In this document: one piece after another, positions 52,131-61,858 of the stretch
Layout: the number at the start of each line of letters is the position of its first letter
Numbering within the stretch: position 1 is the first letter of the stretch
Position numbers and translations under genes: made by a program
Notes under the pieces: generated by a model
Seen by the model: the letters and a program-made list of their open reading frames with translations, nothing else
The model's database searches: none
What the model was told of the DNA's origin: nothing
From: an uncultured Planctomycetota bacterium
Lineage (GTDB): Bacteria; Planctomycetota; Planctomycetia; Pirellulales; Lacipirellulaceae
Assembly (NCBI GenBank): GCA_963719315.1
Contig: CAVRBU010000006.1
Location: 32,001-96,000 of the forward strand
DNA: 64,000 nt
Direction: 5' to 3'

Positions 52131-52280
52131 CAAATTGAACCGCCAGATCGAGGCCGATGGCGGCGCGAGCAGGAACGTCAGTAGGTCGCGCAACCTCTCG
52201 GGGCGGTCGAATTTGCGAAAACGCAACCGTGGCATTAGACGAATGGTGTCCTAATTTGGCGCCGTTCGGACCGGAACTTT

Positions 52281-52331
52281 GTAGCACGGACTTCAGTCCG
52301 TACGAGAATCACGGACTGAAGTCCGTGCTAC
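52281..52331. repeat. GTAG REP doublet
   Basis: GTAGCACGGACTTCAGTCCGT..ACGGACTGAAGTCCGTGCTAC. Confidence 0.8.
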
Positions 52332-52437
52332 CAGGTAGTTGTGCTGCAAACTGGGACACCGGCGTTAGACGCGCCGGCCAATGGCACGACGGCGCGGACC
52401 GGGTTACAGTGGACATCCCTCCCTTTCAGGATTCGCG

Positions 52438-54090
52438 ATGAAAGTCACCAATTACTTGGTTGTGGCGACGGTGTTTTGGATGTCAGCGGCCGAATGTGCG
52501 CCCGCCGCCGAAACTTTGGCCGAGAAGTACGACATCGTCATCTACGGCGGCACATCATCCGGGATTGTCGCTGCAATTCAAGCCCGACGGATGGGCAAAA
52601 GCGTCGCGCTCATCGAGCCGTCGAACCATCTCGGCGGCCTGACGACCGGCGGCTTAGGGGCGACCGACATCGGCAACAAGCAGGTCATCGGCGGCCTGGC
52701 CCGCGACTTTTATCATCGCATTTGGGCATATTATCAAAACGGCGACGCCTGGGTCCGCGAGAAACGCGACTCCTACAACGCCCGCAATCCGCGCTACGAT
52801 CGCAACGATAAAACGATGTGGACGTTCGAGCCGCACGTGGCTTCGCAGGTGTATCGCGAGATGCTGGCCGCGGCTCGGATCGTGCCCGTGCTGAATGAGC
52901 GGCTCGATCGCCAACATGGTGTGAAAAGGAGCGGACAGCGGATCGAGTCGATCGCGATGGAATCGGGCCGCACGTTCGGCGGTCGAATGTTCATCGACGC
53001 CACGTATGAGGGCGACCTCATGGCGGCGGCCGGTGTGTCGTATCACGTCGGTCGCGAGGCGAATGACGTGTATGGTGAAACGCTGAACGGCGTCGAGCCG
53101 ACGCAGAATGTAAAGAACCATCGCTTTCTGAAACCGGTGGACCCGTTCGTGAAGCCGGGGGATGCGACTTCCGGCCTGCTGCCGGACGTGCAAGTTACGG
53201 AGTTGCCGCCGGCCGGCACCGGTGATCGGCTCGTGCAGGCGTATTGCTACCGTCTCTGCACGACGGATGTCGCCGAGAATCGCCGCCCATGGCCGAAGTC
53301 GGCTGACTACAACGAATCGCGCTATGAGCTGTTGCTGCGGAACTTCGAGGCCGGCGACGATCGTCCGCCCTGGCATCCGGTGTGGATGCCCAATCGCAAG
53401 ACCGATACGAACAACAACGGTGCGTTCTCGACCGACTACATCGGCGGCAACTACGAATATCCAGATGCAGACTACGCCACGCGCGAGAAGATCGTGGCCG
53501 ATCATCGGGCCTATCAGCAGGGGCTGTTGTGGACGCTTGCCAATCACCCGCGCGTGCCGGCAAAGGTGCGAGCGGAATTTCAACGGCTCGGCCTGGCCAA
53601 GGATGAGTTCGTCGACAACGACAATTGGCCCACGCAGCTTTACATCCGCGAAGCGCGGCGGATGATCGGCGCGTATGTGATGACCGAACACAACTGCCGC
53701 AGCCGCGCGGTCGCCGAAGACTCGGTCGGCATGGGCGCCTACGGCATGGACAGCCACAATTGTCAGCGGTACGTGAATGCAAAAGGCCTCGTGCAGAACG
53801 AGGGCGACGTGCAAGTCGGCGGCTTCGCGCCGTACCCGATCGGTTATCGGGCGATCGTGCCGAAAATGAGCGAATGCGAGAACCTACTCGTGCCAGTGTG
53901 TTTATCGAGTTCGCACATCGCATACGGCTCGATTCGGATGGAGCCGGTGTTTATGATCCTGGGCCAATCCGCGGCGACGGCGGCGGCGTTAGCAATTGAC
54001 GACGACGTTGCAGTGCAGAACCTCGATTACCCTCGCCTGCGCGATCGGCTTCACGCGGATGGGCAAGTGTTGGAATCAGCGCCGAAGTAA
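52438..54090 (+). CDS. Secreted FAD-dependent oxidoreductase
   Basis: DIVIYGGTSSG, FIDATYEGD, YIREARR, RMEP. Confidence 0.85.
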   Translation: MKVTNYLVVATVFWMSAAECAPAAETLAEKYDIVIYGGTSSGIVAAIQARRMGKSVALIEPSNHLGGLTTGGLGATDIGNKQVIGGLARDFYHRIWAYYQNGDAWVREKRDSYNARNPRYDRNDKTMWTFEPHVASQVYREMLAAARIVPVLNERLDRQHGVKRSGQRIESIAMESGRTFGGRMFIDATYEGDLMAAAGVSYHVGREANDVYGETLNGVEPTQNVKNHRFLKPVDPFVKPGDATSGLLPDVQVTELPPAGTGDRLVQAYCYRLCTTDVAENRRPWPKSADYNESRYELLLRNFEAGDDRPPWHPVWMPNRKTDTNNNGAFSTDYIGGNYEYPDADYATREKIVADHRAYQQGLLWTLANHPRVPAKVRAEFQRLGLAKDEFVDNDNWPTQLYIREARRMIGAYVMTEHNCRSRAVAEDSVGMGAYGMDSHNCQRYVNAKGLVQNEGDVQVGGFAPYPIGYRAIVPKMSECENLLVPVCLSSSHIAYGSIRMEPVFMILGQSAATAAALAIDDDVAVQNLDYPRLRDRLHADGQVLESAPK

Positions 54091-54096
54091 AGAAAA

Positions 54097-54189
54097 GGGT
54101 GGCTGGGGTCGAGCCGAAGGCGAGCCCCCAGAGCGCTGGAGTTTGCACTACTTCGCTGGGGGCTCGCTTGCGCTCGACCCCAGGCACCC
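54097..54189. repeat. REP-like inverted pair
   Basis: GGGTGGCTGGGGTCGAGC..GCTCGACCCCAGGCACCC. Confidence 0.7.
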
Positions 54190-54214
54190 GGCACGCGCGC
54201 AGATTCAAGCGCGC

Positions 54215-54253
54215 AAAAAAGCCGGGCCGCTCACTTGCGTGATGCGGCCCGGC
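54215..54253 (-). terminator. Intrinsic terminator
   Basis: GCCGGGCCGC stem followed by T6 on the minus strand, downstream of the PDZ gene. Confidence 0.75.
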
Positions 54254-54291
54254 CGGGAGTTGCGACCAAGGCAACAACCTACCCTACCAGG

Positions 54292-55341
54292 TTACTTCGT
54301 GGCTTCGTGGTGGTCGGCCTGGTCGGCCGCGGCGTGATCCTCGCCGAGCAGCCGCTTTTGCATTTCCTCGAGCCGTTGTTCCATGCGTTGCAGCCGCTCT
54401 TGGAGTTGGCCGTTGTCGATGCCGACGCCGCCCATGCGACGCTCGAAATTCGGCATGTGGATATTCATGCCGCCGTTGCCGTGCACCATCTGCTCGACGA
54501 ACGGACGCAGGTCTTCCGGCAACTGCTTCAGGGATTTGGGATCATCGCCGACGATATTCCAGGTCTCATCGCCGCGTTTCACGGTGATCTGAGCCGGTTG
54601 TCCGTCTTGCTTCTGGAGGGTGACCGACACGCCGTTCGGCATGATGCCGAAGCTTTGGTCGCCGCCGCCGACGATCACGCCGTTGCCGAAATTGCGGAAT
54701 TGCATCGGCAGGTTGCCGCCGAATTGCTGCATCAAATCGTTCGGCATTGTGAATCCACCGCCGCCAAGACCGCTACCGGTGCCCGCGCCATTGTTGAAAT
54801 CAACTTGCGGAACGGGTGCATTGGCTGGCCGCTCTTCCGGGGTGAGATTTACGGTCTCGCGCTTGCTGTGGCGCAGCACGTCAAGCGTGATCTGGCCTTT
54901 CTTCGGGCCTTCCGCTAGAACGAGTTCGACCAGGTCTTGCATCTCGTGCAGGTCCTTATCGTTCGCCCGCAGCAGGATATCGTACTGTTTCAAACCGGCC
55001 TTGGCCGCGGGGCTCTCGGGGACGACGTTGGCCACGATCAACCCCTGGTTTTCCGGCAGGTCCAACTGGGACCGCAGCGGGCTGTCGGCCGTGATCGCGC
55101 CGCCCAACAAGCCGATCCAATACTTCGGCATCTGAGCTTGCGGCGCGAACGCGCGACCGCCGACGCCGTCATCCGGCGGCGGCAAATCCGGCTTGGCCTG
55201 GTCGCCGTCGGTGTGGCCGATTCGCACGACTTTGCCATCCGATTGGTCATCATTTGCGGCCCGAGCAACCGCCCCGGCTCCCAACACGAGCGCGATCATC
55301 AGCGCCCAGTTCACTGCACCACGCAGAGAATTCGTAGACAT
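54292..55341 (-). CDS. Secreted PDZ domain protein
   Basis: YWIGL, VVPESPAAKAGLKQYDIL. Confidence 0.8.
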   Translation of the reverse strand: MSTNSLRGAVNWALMIALVLGAGAVARAANDDQSDGKVVRIGHTDGDQAKPDLPPPDDGVGGRAFAPQAQMPKYWIGLLGGAITADSPLRSQLDLPENQGLIVANVVPESPAAKAGLKQYDILLRANDKDLHEMQDLVELVLAEGPKKGQITLDVLRHSKRETVNLTPEERPANAPVPQVDFNNGAGTGSGLGGGGFTMPNDLMQQFGGNLPMQFRNFGNGVIVGGGDQSFGIMPNGVSVTLQKQDGQPAQITVKRGDETWNIVGDDPKSLKQLPEDLRPFVEQMVHGNGGMNIHMPNFERRMGGVGIDNGQLQERLQRMEQRLEEMQKRLLGEDHAAADQADHHEATK

Positions 55342-55500
55342 AACCACTTCTCCTTTCAGAATGAGACTAACAGCTTCAAACAGAAATAATTGAACCGCCA
55401 AGCACGCCAAGGTCACCAAGCGAATACGTTGTTGTTCTTTGCCTTACTTGGCGTCCTCGGCGACTTGGCGGTTCAAACTGTTAGGAAGCTATGAAACCCC

Positions 55501-56195
55501 CTAATACACTCTATTACTTACAGGAACGATCTTCGTATCTTCGACCGGCACGATCATTTGCCGGCCGTTGTCCAACCACATCGGAGCGAACTTACGTTGC
55601 GATTTGACCGCGTAACCATGGTCTTGCAAACGATCCCGTACATCATCCGGCACGCCAGTTTGAAATTGCAGGCCGAGTTCCGGATCCAGTGCGCCCGCGT
55701 CCACCAACGGCACACGAACGCGCCGCATGTTGCCGGCATCGTCGCGGACCCATAGGTTGAGTGCGTCGGCCGGTTTTGTCGCGTCAGGGGCCGCAGCGCC
55801 CGCGGTAGGGGGGCGCTCACAAGTTGTTCATTTGTTGTGGAAGGGCCGCTAGCGATTGGAATTTCTGAGCCACGCTGTAAAGTTCCAATCTTGAACGCTA
55901 CAAGTAGTCCGGCAGCCACGGCCAACCACTGCGCGGCCGCCCGCATCGTTGTACGCTTCGCGGGCACATTTGGTGCGACCGTTTTTGCAACTGTCAGGGC
56001 CGCTTGCGGCTTCGCGGCCACCCGCCGCATTTCCTCTCGCCAAGACTGCGCTTCCAAGAACGCTAGCGCACACCGCCGCCACTCCCGGGGCCGCTCATCG
56101 AGCGATTCCAACAGCGCCTGTCGCTCCGCGTCCGAAAGCTCCCCATCGACCAAACGGTCGAATAGGATGTCGTCGTTGTGAAGTTCGTTGTTCAT
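55501..56195 (-). CDS. Putative anti-sigma membrane protein; frameshift near 55813
   Basis: DRLVDGEL..WRRCALAFLEAQ and a TM segment; tail in ORF 55501-55728; downstream of an ECF sigma. Confidence 0.7.
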
Positions 56196-56256
56196 CGTGG
56201 TTTGAGAACGCTAATCAGCGCTAATAGGCACTAATCCGATTCCCGGCCTTCTTATT

Positions 56257-56420
56257 GCTCAAAGTGAAAACCGCCAAGGTCGCCAAGAGCCAAGTCTTCA
56301 TTTATTACGATTGAAATGCGATAGACTGCCGGGACAGTCTTTAACAGACTAACTGCATGCCAAGTCGATTTCTCTCTGTATTCCTTGGCGACCTTTGCGG
56401 TTCGTCTTTTCAGTATGAGT
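56257..56420. mobile_element. MITE family B, copy 2
   Basis: CTCAAAGTGAAA..TTTCAGTATGAG; similar to 43806-43970 along its length. Confidence 0.7.
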
Positions 56421-56450
56421 TTGTGGCGACTATTAGCGCCGATTCGTGTT

Positions 56451-57032
56451 TTACCGTTTTCCTGCCTTCAAACTTGGATCGAGTTTGTATAAAGCCTGGC
56501 GCAACTTTTGTCGCGCTCGATGCAGCCTCGCCTCCACGGCACTCGTACTTAACCCCAAATGTTCCGCCAACTGTTGGTACGACCAATCCTCGCTGTATTT
56601 CAGCAGCATGATTTCCGCGTCGCGGGGCGGCAGCATTGTAAGTGCTTGCCGGACCATCGCGCTCCGCTCATCGGCCAATAGCCAGCCGAGCGGATCGGGC
56701 TCGCGCGCCGCGCCATCGGCAGACGGCTGACGAGCGGCGTACCGATCGAGCAGCTTCTTCCGCCGGCCTTGCCGCCGTCGATGTTGCAAGGCCGCCACCA
56801 CGACCAGCCGGTACAACCAACCCGCGATGCGTGTCGGATCGCGAAGTTGATGACCTTTCTCCAAGGCCGTCATCGACACATCCTGCAACACATCGTCGGC
56901 CGCAGCGGCTTCGCCCACGCGCGCGAGCGCTACGGTCCGCAGCCAGCGTCCATGCCGATCGAGTTCCGCCGGCCAATCGATCGAGTTGGCCGTCGGCTCA
57001 TTCCGCCGCACGCTCGAGTCATCGCGGTGCAT
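56451..57032 (-). CDS. ECF sigma-70 factor
   Basis: ADDVLQD, GWLYRL, SAVEARLHRARQKL. Confidence 0.9.
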   Translation of the reverse strand: MHRDDSSVRRNEPTANSIDWPAELDRHGRWLRTVALARVGEAAAADDVLQDVSMTALEKGHQLRDPTRIAGWLYRLVVVAALQHRRRQGRRKKLLDRYAARQPSADGAAREPDPLGWLLADERSAMVRQALTMLPPRDAEIMLLKYSEDWSYQQLAEHLGLSTSAVEARLHRARQKLRQALYKLDPSLKAGKR

Positions 57033-57288
57033 GGCTGTAGAGATAGTTACCGAGGGTGCCGGTAGTCTTGCGGAGCTTTTCCCAAGATCGTAAGTGCAAA
57101 AGCTGCTTTAGGTTACGTCTCAAATTCTTTGTAGGTCCCTTCTGCCGGAAGGGACCTGTGGGAATTATCGAACTTTGGGACGTCGCCAAGGTCCCGCTCG
57201 GCAAGCGGGACCTACTTTTGAGTCAAAGCCTAGGTTTCAGGTGCTTCAATAAGAAACAAGGAGAGGGGGAGACAAGGAGACTGGTCTG

Positions 57289-58665
57289 CTAGCCATGTCC
57301 CTTCGCGGGCACCTGTTTTTTCGATTCTCCTTGTCTCCTTGCCTCCTTGTCTCCCGGTCTCGCTTTCCCGACCAACGGCCACACCACGCCGCGCGGCTGC
57401 CGCGACAAATACCACCACAGCCCCGCGCCGCACGCCAGCAGCCCCAGGCTGATGTTCTGCGAAATGCTCATCCCTGTACCGAACACGGCCGGCTCATCGG
57501 TGCGAATGATCTCCAGCAGAAACCGCGTGATCGGGTGAATCGTAAGCAGCAAAGCGATCACTTCGCCATCTCGCCGCCGAAACGGAAAATATGCCCACAA
57601 CAGCCAACACAACAGCCCGGCGTCGATCGCGCTATACAGTTGCGTTGGGTGCACTGGCCGGCTGCGGGCCGGCAATGGGACGGCAGGGACCTCAATCGTT
57701 TTTCCAGAACGCAGCGTGAGCCGCAGCGGCTGCTGCGACAGGAACAGTTCGAATAGCTGCGCCTTTGCGTCGCGCGCGTTTTCGACGCGCGTTCCGTTAA
57801 TGGCTTCAATGGACTCATCGACGCGCAGCCCCGCCTTCTCGGCCGGCGAGCCGGGATCGACGCGCGTCACCACGGCCGGCTCGGCGCCACGAGAATCGAT
57901 GCGAAAACCGTGCATTTCGCCGCGTGACGCCTGGTCGGCATACGGCGGGCTGAACCGCTGCAGGTCTGTCGCCTTGGCGACTTCGAAGGGAGAACTGTAT
58001 TTCGGAAACGTCACGTGCCACGGCAAGTCGGTTTGGCCGCCGTAGCAGCAGCCATTGAGCAGGCAGCCAATGCGGCCAAACGCCAGCCCAATCGCCATGC
58101 TCGGCGCCACCAAGTCGGCCATCGCCAGTAGCGGCAGGCCCTGCTTGCGAACGAACGTCGTAAACCCGATCGCCGCGCCGATCAAACCGCCGAAGATCAC
58201 GAGCCCACCTTGCGGAATATTGGCGATCTCCAACAACGTATCGCGAAAGCCGCGGCCGGCAAAGCTTTCGTGCCAGTATTCAATGACATAAAACAACCGC
58301 GCACCAACGACCCCACTCACGACCATCCAGATTCCCAGCGAGATGATGACTTCCGGATCGAGCCCTCCCTTGCGCCCCCGATGGATAGCCATGCCAACGC
58401 CGGATGAAATGCCGAGGAGCAGCATCACACCATAGCCGCGAACCGGGAAGCCATCAGGAAATGCCCGTGGCAAGAACAGAATCGCCCCGCCGAGCAGAAT
58501 CAAGACGGGCAGCGAGCTCAGCGTCTCGGCGCTCCACCCGTGATGCCGCACGAGGCTGAAAAGCGAGACGGCGGAAGCAACGGCCCATATCGCCAGCAGC
58601 ACGCCGACGCCAAATATCGGTACGCCGCCCCAGGTATACGGGATGCGAATCAGCTCGCTGCACAT
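57289..58665 (-). CDS. lgt: Prolipoprotein diacylglyceryl transferase with PDZ-like insertion
   Basis: GARLFYV, GRIGCLLNGCCYG, HPTQLY, RFLLEIIR; insertion contains GSPAEKAGL. Confidence 0.9.
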   Translation of the reverse strand: MCSELIRIPYTWGGVPIFGVGVLLAIWAVASAVSLFSLVRHHGWSAETLSSLPVLILLGGAILFLPRAFPDGFPVRGYGVMLLLGISSGVGMAIHRGRKGGLDPEVIISLGIWMVVSGVVGARLFYVIEYWHESFAGRGFRDTLLEIANIPQGGLVIFGGLIGAAIGFTTFVRKQGLPLLAMADLVAPSMAIGLAFGRIGCLLNGCCYGGQTDLPWHVTFPKYSSPFEVAKATDLQRFSPPYADQASRGEMHGFRIDSRGAEPAVVTRVDPGSPAEKAGLRVDESIEAINGTRVENARDAKAQLFELFLSQQPLRLTLRSGKTIEVPAVPLPARSRPVHPTQLYSAIDAGLLCWLLWAYFPFRRRDGEVIALLLTIHPITRFLLEIIRTDEPAVFGTGMSISQNISLGLLACGAGLWWYLSRQPRGVVWPLVGKARPGDKEARRQGESKKQVPAKGHG

Positions 58666-58761
58666 GGGGGAAGGGGACGGGATTCGGGGAACAGGGGGCA
58701 GGGTAAATTCTGCTTCACACGCTCTGCGCGAGAACACTGGAGTAGGGACCGACTCACTTAC

Positions 58762-59655
58762 TCACCTACTTACTACGATATTGTCGATCAGGCGTGTTTT
58801 GCCAATCGTCGCCGCGAGCACGATCGTAGTCGGGCCGTCGATGCGGTCGACGGGCGTCAGTGTGCCATCGGCGACGAAGGCGATGTATTGGATCTTTATT
58901 CCTCCCGCTCGATCGATCTCGCGCAGCATTTGTCGGCGAACGATGTCAACGTCGCGTTCGCCTTTCGTCGCCAACTCTTCAGCGAGTCGCAGCGATTTCG
59001 AGAGGGCACAGGCGCGGCGGCGCTCATCTTCGGACAAGTACGCGTTGCGAGAGCTCATCGCCAGGCTGTCGGGCTCGCGGACGGTCGGGCATACGCGCAC
59101 CTCGATCGGCACATTCAGGTCGGCGACCATCTGTCGCACGACGATCGTCTGCTGATAATCCTTGCGTCCAAAATACGCTCGATCGGCGGGCGCCAGTTGA
59201 AACAACTTTAACACGATCGTGGCCACTCCGCGAAAATGTGTGGGGCGATATTCGCCCTCCAGCACTTGGCCGCTCCGCCCCACATCGACAAACGTCGCAT
59301 GATTGGCCGCGTACATGGCGCCGTCGCCTGGGGCGAACACCAGATCGCAACCGCGGCTTCCTAACATCGCGACGTCACGTTCCAGATAGCGCGGGTAACT
59401 ACGATAATCCTCCTGCGGCGCGAACTGGGTAGGATTCACGAAAATCGAAACCACGGTCAAGTCGCACTCGGCCCGCGCGGCCGCGAGCAAACTCAAATGC
59501 CCCTCGTGCAGCGCGCCCATCGTCGGCACGAGGCCAACGGTCTTGCCAGCCTGCCGGGCCTCAACGACCGCTTGCCGCACCGCCTCACCCTCAACCAGCA
59601 ATTGCGGCTGATCGCTGCGTTTTGAGGGCGCTTTGTGGGACACAGCTTGCCGCAT
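58762..59655 (-). CDS. panC: Pantoate--beta-alanine ligase (start uncertain)
   Basis: VPTMGALHEGH, FVNPTQF, FGRKD, AMSSRN, RLIDN. Confidence 0.95.
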   Translation of the reverse strand: MRQAVSHKAPSKRSDQPQLLVEGEAVRQAVVEARQAGKTVGLVPTMGALHEGHLSLLAAARAECDLTVVSIFVNPTQFAPQEDYRSYPRYLERDVAMLGSRGCDLVFAPGDGAMYAANHATFVDVGRSGQVLEGEYRPTHFRGVATIVLKLFQLAPADRAYFGRKDYQQTIVVRQMVADLNVPIEVRVCPTVREPDSLAMSSRNAYLSEDERRRACALSKSLRLAEELATKGERDVDIVRRQMLREIDRAGGIKIQYIAFVADGTLTPVDRIDGPTTIVLAATIGKTRLIDNIVVSR

Positions 59656-59807
59656 ATTGTGGTAGGCATGCTCCGCATGCCGTCGCCTTAAATATTCTGC
59701 ACCATAGTAGCACACCACAGCAAAAAATGGGGTTCTGCTGTTGGCTACGGCATGCGGAGCACGCCTGCTACTTGGATTTTAGGCGATTCACGCTCGCTGG
59801 GCCTAGA

Positions 59808-60674
59808 TCAAGCCCACACGGCATCTACGGCCGCCAAGACCTCGGCTTCGATTTCCTGCGAGTCAAGAGTCTGCAATCGCAGCGTCGGCCCGCGACCGGG
59901 CTGGCGGACAAGCGTGGACCACCGCAACTTGTCTGCCCCGCGATGGGCGACGTCGGCGTCGAGCAGGATAGACAGTTTCGGGAACGCCGCAGCGGCGTAA
60001 GGCAATTCTGAGTGATCTTTGCCAGCCGCGGCTGGCGTTTGTGATCGCTGTGGAAGTTCCAGCCAAGTTGTCCACAGCGGCGGCCAATGGTGATCGGCCA
60101 TATCGAATTTTGGCCGCACGATCCGCCCTGCGCCACGCTGCTCGGTCAGCAGCGAGGCAAGTTTTTCGCGAAATGCTTCGCTGGGCGACACCAGCGCCAG
60201 TGCGTCGCTTGCCTGCACGAGATGCAGCCGCAACCGCTCGATCGGCCAACCAATCACCGGATGCAGCATCTTCGGCGCGATTTCCGCCGCGGGATCGAGC
60301 ACGAACTTGCGGAACGACATCCGCGGATGCGGCAGCGTGAGCATGGCCGTCTCGCTCACGACATTGGCGTAGAGCAGCACATCGATGTCCAGCGTTCGTG
60401 GGGCCCAACGCTCGCCACGCACCCGGCCATGGCGAACTTCAATTTGTTGCAGCTCGGCAAGCAGCGTGAGCGGCGCGATCTTCGTTTCGACCACGGCCGC
60501 GCCGTTAACGTAATCCGCCTGATCCGGCAGGCCACCTACCGGCCGCGTGCGATGCCACGCACTGTGCCGAACGAGTTGTACATCCGGTAGTGCCGTGATT
60601 TCACCCAACGCCGCTCGTAGCGTCGCTTCGCAGTCGCCCAAGTTCGATCCGAGACCAAGCAAGCAAGTTGGCAT
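59808..60674 (-). CDS. folK: HPPK with C-terminal extension
   Basis: LGLGSNLG, RWAPRTLDIDVL, LPHPRM. Confidence 0.92.
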   Translation of the reverse strand: MPTCLLGLGSNLGDCEATLRAALGEITALPDVQLVRHSAWHRTRPVGGLPDQADYVNGAAVVETKIAPLTLLAELQQIEVRHGRVRGERWAPRTLDIDVLLYANVVSETAMLTLPHPRMSFRKFVLDPAAEIAPKMLHPVIGWPIERLRLHLVQASDALALVSPSEAFREKLASLLTEQRGAGRIVRPKFDMADHHWPPLWTTWLELPQRSQTPAAAGKDHSELPYAAAAFPKLSILLDADVAHRGADKLRWSTLVRQPGRGPTLRLQTLDSQEIEAEVLAAVDAVWA

Positions 60675-60763
60675 GGCTGATTCAAAGTCGACAACGACGT
60701 AGATGAACTACAACGAGGCGAAGGTCACAAAGAGCAGAATGACCAATGACCAAATCCCAATGA

Positions 60764-60903
60764 CAGTAGTTCCAAGTTAAGACAAAAAGGGCGGAACACT
60801 AATCTTCGCTAATTTCCACTGATTCGGAATTAGTGGTAATTAGTGAAAATTAGCGTTCCTCAGCAATTCATTTCCTCGCCGGTCTCGAAACATGGAAGCC
60901 CTG
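60764..60903. mobile_element. MITE family A, copy 4 (eroded right terminal repeat)
   Basis: CAGTAGTTCCAAGTT start; colinear with 38640-38780. Confidence 0.85.
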
Positions 60904-60997
60904 ATTGGGATTTGGTCATTGGCACTTTCACTTTGTGCCCTTCGTTTCTTCGTGGTTCATAATAACAACTTGCCGTGGCCGACTGAAAACCGCGCAT

Positions 60998-61033
60998 AAA
61001 AAAGCAGGGCGAGCTGGGGGGAGCTCGCCCTGC
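60998..61033 (-). terminator. Intrinsic terminator
   Basis: 12-bp stem GCAGGGCGAGCT / AGCTCGCCCTGC followed by T6 on the minus strand. Confidence 0.85.
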
Positions 61034-61433
61034 CGTTTCGAGAGGGCCGCGAATCAGCAATAAAGTTGGGAGGGACATCCACGTTGTACGCGACCGGAGT
61101 CGCCCGCTGTCGGTCCGTCGGTCGCGCCTCCCAAGTTTGTCGCTAAAATGTCAGCCCAGGTCGAAATAAGCGAAATTACCCTCGTGGTTTTGCCGTTGAT
61201 CACACTAAAAAATGAGCAGGCGGATTGAAATCGGCCGAAATGGCTCCGATTGTTTGACGCCCTGGCAGCGCACACCGCGAAACAGTTCGAAAAACCAAGT
61301 CATTGTCTGCGTCGCCGCTTCTCGATGGCGAGCTTCGTGCTCAGCCCCGGATGCGACCTGCCCGTCCCGGCGACAGGAGTTCCCCAACAGACACCACGTT
61401 TGTCGATACGCGAACGTATCAACAGCTCAACAG
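60998..61433 (-). ncRNA. Candidate structured ncRNA or long leader of unknown family
   Basis: Lies between a sigma70-like promoter and a terminator; no convincing ORF; nested stems. Confidence 0.35.
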
Positions 61434-61439
61434 CACGCC

Positions 61440-61467
61440 ATTGTCTGCGGATTACTGGCGTTGTCAA
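61440..61467 (-). promoter_or_regulatory. sigma70-like promoter
   Basis: TTGACA-N16-GACAAT on the minus strand. Confidence 0.55.
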
Positions 61468-61858
61468 GCACATTTTTTCTTCACCACATTTTGTATCGCG
61501 CGACCACTTGCGTAAATCGGTGCACGTCGTTCCGCGCCTCGATTGCACCGCGAAATTCATCGCACGCGACCACAACCGATTGCTATCGCTGGCTACTATC
61601 TTAGGTGCTCGATCGTGCGTAGCATGAAACAAAGAGTGTTAACGAAGTGAATTCTTTGGAATACGAGTCGACCCTGATTCTCACTAATTCGAATCCGTGT
61701 TGATTAGCGAAGATTAGCGTTCCTGCTCCCCGTATCCAGCAAAATGAACCGCTAAGATCGCCAAGGTCGCCAAGAATATGCATCGTTGATCACTGCTTTA
61801 CTTGGCGTTCTTGGCCGCTTGGCGGTTTGATTCATTCTGATAGAAGCTGCTATTCCCA

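Noticed and set aside
60998..61433. tmRNA, RNase P or a known riboswitch
   Set aside because: No tRNA-like ends, no GAGGAAAGUCC, and no aptamer that I recognise.
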